From Chrysomallon squamiferum (lineage: Eukaryota > Animalia > Mollusca): a DNA stretch of 64,000 bases. The notes under the pieces were generated by a model. It made no database searches. It was not told the origin of the DNA and worked only from the letters and a program-made list of their open reading frames with translations. Position 1 is the stretch's first letter; each line of letters begins with the position of its first letter. The translations under genes were made by a program, and so were the position numbers. Below, in pieces: positions 42,565 through 54,966 of the stretch. The stretch is from NCBI GenBank assembly GCA_012295275.1, contig CM022673.1, positions 24,428,001 to 24,492,000 of the forward strand, given 5' to 3'.

Positions 42565-43763
42565 TGCTGAACTTTAGTTACATAAGACAAAACAAAGGAA
42601 CGTGAAAACATAAAATATTTAAATAATTGCGATTTCCGCATTAGCCCTATTATCGAGGGACAACAGATTTTTCTTGAATGTTTAAGCGATTTTAAATAAT
42701 CACACGTAATCCAGTACGTCAATATGTTTGTTAGACGTTTTCTGCGAAACCCTTTTCAAACCTGTTTATGTAAATAACAGTATTATTCAACCGATATTAG
42801 TAAGCACAGTACACATTTAATATAATATACTAATACTTTTAACAAATACATTAATCAGTGTGTATATACATCCATACTGTTGTAAATTTGAGTCTGTACT
42901 TGTTTTTAGAATTACATTTGTGCACTGTTTTGTCAAACATAGGAAACGGGAGACTGGTAGTGATAAACATTCGTTTCTTCCTGTAAGAAAAATGAGAAGT
43001 AAAATACGATAATTATTAAGCTGAGTTTTAGATTGTCTTGTTATCAACACGACCCTTTTCTGAAAATAACGATATTTTAATTTATTTATTTATTTATTTA
43101 TTATTTTATTATTTTATTTATTTATTTTTATTTTTATTTTTTGTTTGTTTTTAGCATCTAAAATGTATGTAAGACAGAGTCAAGAGCTAATATTAACTGA
43201 AATAAAATAATATACCTATATTAAGAATGTCCAGATTTGGCTACATTGAGACTATTATTAACGTTAAAACTAGTGTGATGTTTACTTCAAGGATAATAAA
43301 TAGAAACCCGTCCAACATAAAAAAGAAAGCCCAGAATGTCGCGTTTATTATAATCTGTTGACATTGAGTTTTATAAGCTGTGTGATACATCTGTACACTG
43401 CAGCTGACAGACGTATGTAGGTAAATTCCACAAATGGAAAGATAATAATTCTAGTTTTAGCATCGCTAGTAGATTTGATTACACAACCAAATCTTTCATT
43501 ATATTATAAAAAATCGAATTACTATTTTTATTTTGTAAATAGTTATTGCTGTTGTTGGTATTATATCTCAAACCTTCTTTTCACCCCCCGTCTCTCTCTG
43601 TCTCTCTCTCTAACCCTTCGTGTCGCGAATTTATGTACTAAGAAAATGATTTCTTAATAAGTCATTATTGTCAAGCTGTTATACCTGGTTTCAGTTACCT
43701 TTAATCTAAAAAAAAAAAAAAAAATCCCATTGAATTACCAAGGAAGATCTATTTTGCAAAAAG

Positions 43764-43805
<42 letters not shown>

Positions 43806-45226
43806 GAAAACAATTAAAAAGGAAAGAATGAAAGAAATGCATTGATCAGGTGAACAAAGTAAATCGATATATATTTTTTTTTTTTAATTGTTTTTCATCT
43901 AAAAGACCACAGAGATTATACCTGTTTAATCATCTTAAATTATATTGTTTATTTATATTTATTTCTAATATATATATATTTTAATATACAAACACATTTT
44001 GCTGTTGTTATCGATTTAATAGTTATATCTCCGACTTTAAATTCTAAACAAAATTTATCTTTTCCTGGATTAGTAGAAGCTTATTATTTATGGGGAAAAT
44101 TAAAAAAAAAATTAAGGTTAGATATTCGACGGGGTTGTTCAGATCAATTTAAGTTTGAAAATAAACAAGAGGTAGAGAGGTATAGACGTATTTCCGTCAG
44201 TTCTAATTCGGAAGTCTGTCTTCTAAGCATTATTTGATCAGTTTTGTTTAATGAACACAGTCAGCGCAGATACTAGTTTGTTCTTTTGTAGTAAAGTTAA
44301 TTTCTACGTGTAACTGTGTAGACTAGTAAGTAGAGGTGAACTTACTGCGGGGAACTGCTTAGTGTCAGATACATTAATCTGATTTATTTTGTGCACAGTG
44401 TCACAAGGCTGAACTCCAAGAAACGTAGTTAAACCTTGAGAATCGCTAATTTGATTACTCTAATTAAAGATCTTTTTGCGGCTTCAGCTAATTTGTTTTT
44501 CTCAAAAATGTCAGCAACCTGCGTCTAGCTCGACCGAAAAATCTGTGAAAACTCTTACGTTAAACGAGTGATATTTAAAACAGTTACATGAGCCGCTCAT
44601 AACAGCTGTTTATTATAATCACATACAGACCGCAGATTCAGTTTAGAAAAAACACTCGTATGACGACCTCACGTAGTCTGCAGTTCGTGGTTTAAGCACT
44701 GACACGTAGGGCTACATCTACTACACAGATATAATACACGTAGTATGCAGTTCCTGGTTTAAGCACTGACACGTAGGGCTATATCTACTACACAGATATA
44801 ATACACGTAGTATGCAGTTCCTGGTTTAAGCACTGACACGTAGGGCTATATCTACTACACAGATATAATACACGTAGTATGCAGTTCCTGGTTTAAGCAC
44901 TGACACGTAGGGCTATATCTACTACACAGATATAATACACGTAGTATGCAGTTCCTGGTTTAAGCACTGACACGTAGGGCTATATCTACTACACAGATAT
45001 AATACACGTAGTATGCAGTTCCTGGTTTAAGCACTGACACGTAGGGCTATATCTACTACACAGATATAATACACGTAGTATGCAGTTCCTGGTTTAAGCA
45101 CTGACACGCAGGGCTATATCTACTACACAGATATAATACACGTAATCACGTATTATCATGTTACACGGCTGATGTAACACTGTGGACTTTTTTTTTTTAG
45201 CATTGTTTTCAGGTCTCTTGGGTTTT

Positions 45227-45274
<48 letters not shown>

Positions 45275-47324
45275 TTATTGTTATTATATATTTTTTATGT
45301 ATGTACGTATGTATCTATCTATCTATCTCTATCTATTTATCAGTCGTTATCTATTTAGCTAGCTATCTGTGTATTTATTTATTTATTATTATTTATTTAT
45401 GTATCCATCTATATGTCTGTATATCTGTCTGTTTATCTAGCTATCTCTATCTATCTATCTATTTCTATCTATTTATCTATCTATCTATCTATCTATCTAT
45501 TTATTTATTTATTTATTTATTTTCAATTCCTAAAGTTATCCTGCTAGACGGGTAATCACATATAAATACTGTTTAAACAAATGTTAGCGCTGTAAGAAAT
45601 CTAACCAGCGTGTATTACTTTCCTTGCAAACCTGTTTCAGCAACCACATCAGCATTACATAACAGCAGCAGCAACACTTGTTTCCACGTACCGCGCTGAT
45701 TAACTGACGACAGATACTTATACAGCCTCACCTGTCTTAAGTTAATTAAGCAGGTATTTATTAAACTATAAGTGAACCCCGTAAATCAAAGATCTGCCGT
45801 TCTTACGGAACGAGGAATTAAATATTTATTTAGGAAGTCGTTGGCTGTTTTCTTAAACATGTGTGTTTAAATTACACTGTGCTGTTGTAGTCCGACAACA
45901 GTATCGCTGTATTGTCCGGAGGATGGACAATGGTCAGCAGATCCAAAATCCCACTTTGATAACTTACCATTGATTAAGATCTTTATTCCATTATTTTGAC
46001 TGTACCTGTATATCATTATACATTTCATATACAGATCAGGTTCGCAGATAAATCACCAAATATCAATTTCAGTGAAAAAATAACAATATTTAAATATCGT
46101 GTTTTTCTGTGAATCATAACTATTTTGTTTTATTAATAGAAATTAGATGTATCGATATTTAATAATAATAATAAGAAGAAGAAGAAGAAGAAAAACAGCA
46201 GTATCAACAACTTAAGTGACAACAACAACAACAACAACAATTTATGTATTTATTTTGTTAGTTATTTTTTAATTAATATATTTTTACTTACTTAACGTAC
46301 GTATTTACTAATTATTTTTGTATTTAACTGATAAACGTCGAATGATTTTGAATTACAAATATTATTAAATAAGGGCTATGAATACTTCACGGCTTATTTC
46401 ATAAAAAAAAAAATAATAATAATTAAAAATAGCGTTCAGGTTCTTTTAAATGATTTTTACCAAACCCATCAGCGCAACTCCGTGCATGTGAAAAATAATC
46501 AGCGGAGACCATTAAAATTAAATATGCACGATTGAAGCCGATATTTGCATGCAGTAACATTTATCACATGAGAATTTAGCATAAAATCATTTTACAGTGA
46601 GTAAATATTCCATTATTGATACTCATTTACGACGCGAATGTTCGTCAGTAAAACTATACGTCTGTGTTTATGTGCGTGTGAGTGTGTGTGTGTGAAAGAG
46701 TGTGTATTATTTGATTATTTTCGAATATTATATATTAATCGAATATTAATCTCTAAGTTAGAAATAATAAAATTTAATTTGAATTTTTTAAAAATTTAAA
46801 TTTGAACTGGTATAATTAAAACTGTAATTAATGCTTAATTATCTTTTTTTACTGTTTGTCATATTGAAATGGTGCTTGAAACGAAAGAACCATTTAATGA
46901 AAACACAAACAAATTTTTTTTTTTAAATAAAAAATTTTTAATGTAAGATATACCAAAAGTCAGCAGATATAAGTGTTCAGACCAAATACATTGCCATACT
47001 TGTACAACAAATGTTGACATTTTCACGACACGGTATAACAGATTAATTTCAAAGCGGTTCCACTGATTCGCTGCCGTTGTAACCACAATACTCTGTTATT
47101 CGTTTTTGCAGGGACTTGACGGTTTTTACTCGCATCTCTACACGTCGTTTTCACCAATGGTCGGAACAAGCAGCAGATACATGATGACGTCACCGTCTCT
47201 TGCCTTCATGACGAATCACGCAGCGCCATCTACTTCCGAAATAAACAGCTCAGATACGAACCACGTGATGTCTTCGCCTGACGCGTCATCCGCTTCTGAC
47301 ACGACGGTAACAGCCAGGCACTGA
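40809..47324 (+). CDS. PRD-class (paired-like, Q50) homeobox transcription factor with eh1/octapeptide motif; spliced CDS join(40809..41082,41597..41787,42333..42461,47112..47324), ~268 aa
   Basis: Manual splicing gives one continuous frame with GT-AG introns of phase 1, 0 and 0. The homeodomain is [46 protein letters not shown]|[14 protein letters not shown]. It has the PRD hallmarks P26/D27/E32/R44/Q46/A54, Q50, and an intron between codons 46 and 47. Family cannot be assigned by eye. Confidence 0.9.
41597..41787 (+). CDS. Homeobox gene coding exon 2 (homeodomain residues 1-46 at 41650-41787)
   Basis: Acceptor ttttttgttttcgcag|AC. Reads (D)[63 protein letters not shown]. Donor CAA|GTTAGA. 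Confidence 0.95.
42333..42461 (+). CDS. Homeobox gene coding exon 3 (homeodomain helix 3 and downstream residues)
   Basis: Acceptor ttactag|GTG. Reads [43 protein letters not shown]. Strong donor ATG|GTGAGT, phase 0. Confidence 0.95.
44670..45144. repeat. Intronic minisatellite, 67-bp unit, ~7 near-identical copies
   Basis: Unit CACGTAGTATGCAGTTCCTGGTTTAAGCACTGACACGTAGGGCTATATCTACTACACAGATATAATA, inside intron 3 of the homeobox gene. Confidence 0.97.
45891..45932 (+). CDS. Possible 42-nt in-frame cassette exon of the homeobox gene ([14 protein letters not shown])
   Basis: Acceptor gtgctgttgtag|TCC and donor ATG|GTCAGC, phase 0-0, no stop, in a locally GC-richer patch of intron 3. Confidence 0.3.
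47112..47324 (+). CDS. Homeobox gene terminal coding exon (Ser/Thr/Pro-rich tail)
   Basis: Acceptor ctctgttattcgtttttgcag|GGA, phase 0. Reads [32 protein letters not shown]...TVTARH then TGA. GC-richer than its flanks. Confidence 0.75.
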   Translation, partial: GLDGFYSHLYTSFSPMVGTSSRYMMTSPSLAFMTNHAAPSTSEINSSDTNHVMSSPDASSASDTTVTARH

Positions 47325-47552
47325 GTTATTGTGAACACTAACCCTGCATTAACGAAACTAATAAGCTATTATTAAACAGTACGTCAGGTAGATTGTCTGA
47401 AATTTCACTGGACTGAACTTTATTTATTAACGGTCGTTATTAGATTTTTGTGGCGGAGATTTATTACAAAATTATTTTTATAAATGAAAAATTCAGCCGA
47501 TGTAGCCGTCAAAGAATATTTGCAAATAGAAATATTCTGGTTTTTCAGCCTT

Positions 47553-47592
<40 letters not shown>

Positions 47593-47761
47593 TTTTAGCA
47601 ACACTTTTGTTTTAGATAACTGAATACGAGAGTTAACAGACATTAAAATGATAATCATATTCAAATAACAGAGTTTCATACAAATATTTTCGACACCGTT
47701 TTCCAGATTTTTCTTTTACGATTCATCTTTTACAGTATATCGATGAACTGTTTTTAATATA

Positions 47762-47767
47762 AATAAA
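47762..47767 (+). terminator. Candidate polyadenylation signal of the homeobox gene
   Basis: AATAAA ~440 nt after the stop codon, followed by a GT-rich element (GTGGTTTACTGGT). AATAAA is common in this AT-rich DNA. Confidence 0.35.
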
Positions 47768-48290
47768 TCTGAACAGTGGTTTACTGGTATTATTACAAGA
47801 ATCACACGTACAATACGTTTTACCTTTTACACACACACACACATTTACACAAACACACACACACACACACTCAAACACATATATACACACCTCTAACGTG
47901 CTATAACAGCTACTAATTTAAATTTGTGTTAAAAATAAATGAAATAAGTTACTCTTGGTTACGGTAACGTGTGTGTGTGGAAGTGAATTAAAAGACTGGA
48001 GGGACGAGACTGTTTGAGCTGACAACCGTCAACAGATCTCGCGAGAACAGTTGTTGTGCGAGATCTTCCTGTGTTAACGCTGTCGCCATTTTTCCCTAGA
48101 GCTTTGAGTCGTGGATTGAGTTCATAGTTACCCTGCTGTTGTGATCTATTTATATTTAATACAAGAGCCGCAGACAATTATTTATGTATTTAATTATATA
48201 ATCATATTTACTGCGTAGCGACAACAAACTAATATGTCGGTGATTTCCTGTTAGGTGCTATCTCGTCATCTCTCGCTACGTCCGCCTTAC

Positions 48291-48355
<65 letters not shown>

Positions 48356-48431
48356 ATCGTCGTCGTAGTTGTCGCTGTTTAAATTTATGCTATTGATGTT
48401 TTTTAATTTTAATTTTATTATTATTATTTAA

Positions 48432-48501
<70 letters not shown>

Positions 48502-48502
<1 letters not shown>

Positions 48503-51291
48503 CAAAGATAATACCCAGATAGTGTTTAAACGATTAATATACACAGATAAATGTTTTAAAACGTTAACGTCGCAGATAGTGTTTAAATTAGTACAGATAA
48601 CAACGATGAGCGTACCCAGATAGTGTTTAAACGTTTAAACGTTAGCGTACCCAGATAGTGTTTAAACGTTATACAACGATAAGCGTACCCAGATAGTGTT
48701 TAAACGTTAGTACAACGATAAGCGTACCCAGATAGTGTTTAAACGTTAGTACAAAGATAAGCGTACCCAGATAGTGTTTAAACGTTAGTACAAAGATAAG
48801 CGTACCCAGATAGTGTTTAAACGTTAGTACAACGATAAGCGTACCCAGATAGTGTTTAAACGTTAGTACAAAGATGAGCGTACCCAGATAGTGTTTAAAC
48901 GTTAGTACAAAGATGAGCGTACCCAGATAGTGTTTAAACGTTAGTACAACGATGAGCGTACCCAGATAGTGTTTAAACGTTAGTACAAAGATGAGCGTAC
49001 CCAGATAGTGTTTAAACGTTAGTACAACGATGAGCGTACCCAGATAGTGTTTAAACGTTAGTACAACGATAAGCGTACCCAGATAGTGTTTAAACGTTAC
49101 CCAGATAGTGTTTAAACGTTAGTACAACGATGAGCGTACCCAGATAGTGTTTAAACGTTAGTACAACGATAAGCGTACCCAGATAGTGTTTAAACGTTAG
49201 TACAACGATAAGCGTACCCAGATAGTGTTTAAACGTACAAAGATGAGCGTACCCAGATAGTGTTTAAACGTTAGTACAACGATGAGCGTACCCAGATAGT
49301 GTTTAAACGTTAGTACAACGATGAGCGTACCCAGATAGTGTTTAAACGTTAGTACAACGATGAGCGTACCCAGATAGTGTTTTAAACGTTAGTACATGAC
49401 GAGATAGTGTTTAAACGTTAGTACAAAGATGAGCGTACCCAGATAGTGTTTAAACGTTAGTACAAAGATGAGCGTACCCAGATAGTGTTTAAACGTTAGT
49501 ACAAAGATGAGCGTACCCAGATAGTGTTTAAACGTTAGTACAACGATGAGCGTACCCAGATAGTGTTTAAACGTTAGTACAACGATGAGCGTACCCAGAT
49601 AGTATTTAAACGTTAGTACAACGATGAGCGTACCCAGATAGTGTTTAAACGTTAGTACAACGATAAGCGTACCCAGATAGTGTTTAAACGTTAGTACAAC
49701 GATAAGCGTACCCAGATAGTGTTTAAACGTTAGTACAACGATGAGCGTACCCCAGTTTAAATAGTACCCAGATAGTATTTAAACGTTAGTACAACGATAA
49801 GCGTACCCAGATAGTTTAAACGTTAGTATTTTAAACGTTAGTACAACGACAGATAGTGTTTAAAGCCAGATAGTGTTTAAACGTTAGTACAACGATGAGC
49901 GTACCCAGATAGTGTTTAAACGTTAGTACAACGATGAGCGTACCCAGATAGTGTTTAAACGTTAGTACAACGATAAGCGTACCCAGATAGTGTTTAAACG
50001 TTAGTACAACGATGAGCGTACCCAGATAGTGTTTAAACGTTAGTACAACGATGAGCGTACCCAGATAGTGTTTAAACGTTAGTACAACGATGAGCGTACC
50101 CAGATAGTGTTTAAACGTTAGTACAACGATAAGCGTACCCAGATAGTGTTTAAACGTTAGTACAAAGATGAGCGTACCCAGATAGTGTTTAAACGTTAGT
50201 ACAACGATGAGCGTACCCAGATAGTGTTTAAACGTTAGTACAAAGATGAGCGTACCCAGATAGTGTTTAAACGTTAGTACAACGATGAGCGTACCCAGAT
50301 AGTATTTAAACGTTAGTACAAAGATGAGCGTACCCAGATAGTGTTTAAACGTTAGTACAAAGATGAGCGTACCCAGATAGTGTTTAAACGATGAGCGTAC
50401 CCAGATAGTGTTTAAAACGATGAGCGTACCCAGATAGTGTTTAAACGTTAGTACAACGATGAGCGTACCCAGATACGTGTTTAAACGTTAGTACAACGAT
50501 GTTTAAACGTACAAAGATGAGCGTACCCAGATAGTGTTTAAACGTTTACAAAAGAACAGATAGTATTTAAACGTTAGTACAACGATGAGCGTACCCAGAT
50601 AGTGTTTAAACGTTAGTACAAAGATAAGCGTACCCAGATAGTGTTTAAACGTTAGTACAACGATAAGCGTACCCAGATAGTGTTTAAACGTTAGTACAAC
50701 GATAAGCGTACCCAGATAGTGTTTAAACGTTAGTACAACGATAAGCGTACCCAGATAGTGTTTAAACGTTAGTACAACGATGAGCGTACCCAGATAGTGT
50801 TTTAAACGTTAGTGTTTAAAACAAAGATGAGCGTACCCAGTGATAAAAGTGTACCCAGATAGTATTTAAACGTTTACAAAGATGAACCCAGATTGTGTTT
50901 AAACGTTAGTACAAAGATGAGCGTACCCAGATAGTGTTTAAACGTTAGTACAACGATGAGCGTACCCAGATAGTATTTAAACGTTAGTACAAAGATGAGC
51001 GTACCCAGATAGTGTTTAAACGTTAGTACAAAGATAAGCGTACCCAGATAGTGTTTAAACGTTAGTACAAAGATGAGCGTACCCAGATAGTGTTTAAAAG
51101 CGTACCCAGATTGTGTTTAAACGTACAAAGATAAGCGTACCCAGATTGTGTTTAAACGTTAACGATCACCCAGATTTGTTTCGTTAATTCAATCCAATTG
51201 TGTTTAAAAAAAAAAACCAATCAAACAAACGTTAAACAAAACCCAGATAGTGTTTAAACGAGCGTACCCAGATAGTGTTTAAACGTTAACG
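48502..51291. repeat. Minisatellite/satellite, 39-bp unit GAGCGTACCCAGATAGTGTTTAAACGTTAGTACAACGAT, ~70 copies
   Basis: Head-to-tail copies with two main variable positions (AAC/AAA and GAG/AAG) and some truncated units. There are no spacers. Confidence 0.98.
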
Positions 51292-52544
51292 TCACATTGT
51301 TCAATTCAATCCAACATGAAAAAACAAAACCAATCAAACAAATAAACAAAACAATTAGAACCCATGATATAATAAAATTTATCTCTTTTGTATTCTACTA
51401 GAAGACAAAAAAAGAAAAAAAAAAGAAGAAGAAATGAGTTGTGGATTAAAAGTAGAAAATGTGCATTAGGTTTTAAATTTTGTCTTTCACGTCTTGTTTT
51501 CATGCAGACATTGATTAGCAATGTTATTTATTTTATAGTCAAATTCTAACAGACTACACACTATTCATTTCCTTTGATCGTTATCGCCGGGAACTGGTTG
51601 GAACAGAACATTTTCCAAGCTATAAAATCTCACGATAATAATTAATATTTATCTGTATGTATGTATTTATACCCCAAGTCTTGTAAATGTAAAATTATTG
51701 ATTATAGTGGTTGCAACATTTTGAAGCCTTTTTCACAGGTTTCTTTTTTTCTTTCTTTATTTTTTTTTATTTTTATTTTTTCTCTGTTGTGATCCCTTTC
51801 GCTGTTATGAATTTCTCTTTGTTGAATCCAGCCGTTTGTGGTGTTTTCACTGTGACAGTATCAGTGAAGACTTTTCAAGAAGCCTCTGTTATTACTTTAA
51901 CACATCGTTTCTTTTAGCCGCGTGAGACAAAACGAAAATAAAAAAGTAAAGACGAAAACGAAACCTTCTGAGATGTGTGGTCAGTTAGGACAGTTTTGAA
52001 AATCGGATCCGTCAATCCACAGGAAAACAAAAACTGATAACAATAATGATATTTCCATGCTGTTTCTATTCTAGCTGAGTAAATAATGTAATAGAATCTC
52101 CGAGAAAAATCGTATTAAGAAAGACAATAAGACCCGAAATTCTGTTTTATTTATTAATTTCTCGTGAGATTATAGAACTTATTAATTTATTTCCACAATG
52201 CTAACACCAGCCTGCGTAGTTAACACCGAAAGAGACGCTAAAAGACAGCAACGTCCGAATCTAACACGATTAAAAGACGCCACTGTTCTCAGAAAAGATC
52301 CTTTATTCAAGAGAATGCAGCCCAATTTTCTTAGTCCGGACCGGTCTCTGTTTGTGCGATTTCTCCGATTACCAGCGTGTTTTATTAAAGTAATGTTTGA
52401 TTACCTAATGACTGGAGCTGTGACTGAAATGTATACACTGTTTATATGATTAAAGGAGACTTAGATTTCAAACACAATAAATACGTTTACTAAAGAGTTG
52501 GGGTATGCCAGAGTTAAATTTATCTTAATACAGCTGAACAGTCA

Positions 52545-52648
<104 letters not shown>

Positions 52649-52795
52649 GTCTCTCTCTATCTCCCTCTCTCTCTAATTGTCTCTCCCTGTCTCTCTGTGT
52701 GTTTGTACGTCTGTATTATATATGGTGAGAGATTGTCTGTGTGTATGTGTTTGTGAGTATCGAAAGTGTTTATGTGTGCCTGTGTGTGTGCCTCT

Positions 52796-52845
<50 letters not shown>

Positions 52846-54809
52846 TCATGTGTGTATTGTGTTTTGTATTTGCGAATTATGAGTGTGAAACAAATGTTAT
52901 AAGAGGTTATTATTCGAAACTTTCAAGTCAGGATCAGGATATTGAAAGTTTACTAACTTAGTATGTTCTTCTCGACGTTAACTTTGAAATGTTTACTAAC
53001 GAAATAAAATATACGAAGAAAAACCACTTGAAGAGAGAAAAAAAAAATCAAAATTAAACAATGAACGAAACAAGCAACGATACAAATAAACACACAAATA
53101 AATGAAGGAAGAATAAATGAATAAATTATAATACTTAATTTGTATAAATAAATAAATAAATAAATAAAGTAAAAAATAAATAAATAAAGTAAAAAATAAA
53201 TAAATAAGTAAATAAATAAAGTTAAAAAATAAATAAATAAATAATAAATCAATAAATAAATAATAAATAAACAAATAAATAAATAAAGTAAAAAATAATT
53301 AAATAAACAATAAATAAATAAAGTAAAAAATAAATAAATAAAGTAAAAAGTAAATAAATAAATAATAATTAGACTGTGGTTTGCGATCTATAATCAATCA
53401 TAGGAAAATCAGGTGTATGACAATGCTATTCAGAAGACCACCTGCAAACATCAGATACACGCAACCTGTAATTAGTTTTCTAGAAAGTAGTTCTGTGGTG
53501 ATGTTTTGTCCTCCAAATTCTTAGAGCTAACACAAGAATGCGCAAGACAAAAACCCAGTTCGTGTTGACACTAAATTATTCATTTCTCAAATTCACAGTA
53601 ATCAAAGTATCTCCCAGTATATATATATAAGTATATAAGTGTGTGTGTGTGTGTGATTTAGAAAAACAGTGCATATCACAGTCAGAAACAGTTATAAATT
53701 TAAAATGCTGCTAAATGCCGTCTACAACGCAGTTTATGCATGAATGGATGTTTACAAACATGTTGTCACATACGTCTGTATTTCAGCTATAACTTGGAAT
53801 TATATAAAATTCTAAACATTTCACATATAATGTATAATGTCTCTTTCACCCAGAATTATGTATAATCCTGAAACTTTCAGATACTATGAATAATACCTGA
53901 TATTCAGTCTGTTATTTTCAATATATTCCATGAAACTGTATTTCTTTTTAAAGTATGAGTAATAATATGTGAAATAGGTAAGTTTTATTTTTATTTGACC
54001 TGATTGTGTTTAAATAAAGACCAGATAATTACTTTGACAAATGCAGTATCAATTAATTATCTTGACAGTGAATAGTTAGATAAACAAGTTTTAAAATTAT
54101 TTATTATCTGCATTTGGAATACAACAATACCCCATTATTTCACACACTAATATAACCTGTTTGTAACAGTAATGAATAAAAGCCAACCAATAATGACGTT
54201 ACCCCAAAAAATATTTCCATCGTCTAAAATTCACAATGTCGTTCCACTGCTCCAAGATAAAACAAGAAGTGGTGTTGTTAAACATTACCTTTAGTTTATT
54301 GTGTCTGTTAATATAACGCTTCATAGGTGTCTAGATGTGAATGTTTGTTTTTCAAAGAAGAAGAGTTGATTGTAGCTTTTAAACGTTGCTTCACCATTCA
54401 CCTTTCTAGATAACACCTTTAAGATTAGGTGTGTTGTTGTCATTATTAATTTTGTTGTAGTTTTGTCGATTTTTTGTCGAAGCTGATTTTACCACTTCTA
54501 GCATATATATATATATATATATACGTATATGTATGTATGTATGTAAGTATGTATGTATGTATTTTCAAAAACGTATATTATGTGACAGCTGGGTTTTTTT
54601 TTTTGTGGAGTTTGATATTGTTGTTATTGTTATTATTATTATTGTAATTCTCGTTTTTGTCTTTCTTGTTATTATTATTGTTCTTATTATTGTTATTAAC
54701 ACTCTTATTATCGTTAATCGGGAAAAGGACACTTCTCTGCTCACAAAAACCCGTCCTGTAGTTGTAGATACAACAAAACTCACTAAATCGCTGTTAACTT
54801 TGTTACGTA

Positions 54810-54966
54810 GAGGCCCGAGTGCGCGATCCTGCTGTCCTGAGAACATCTGCTCATGCGCAGTTGTCAAACATTCACACTAAGCCAATCAAATCGCTTCTTT
54901 TAAAGAGCCTGGCTCCAACAGGGTTGGCCCAGAACTGACTGAAAACAGCAGCAAGACCAGGTAAAG
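54810..54966 (+). promoter_or_regulatory. Candidate distal promoter and short non-coding first exon
   Basis: TCATGCGCAGT at 54851, GCCAATCA at 54881, TTTTAAAG at 54898, and donor CCAG|GTAAAG at 54961. Confidence 0.35.

Noticed and set aside
48502-51291. CRISPR-like regular array (also 14626-15885, 21603-22458, 44670-45144)
   Set aside because: The units are head-to-tail with no unique spacers, there are no cas genes, and the context is eukaryotic. These are minisatellites.
52198-52449. 83-aa ATG-initiated ORF in non-repetitive sequence
   Set aside because: It has no recognisable domain, promoter or splice context. ORFs of this length arise by chance in GC-richer patches.
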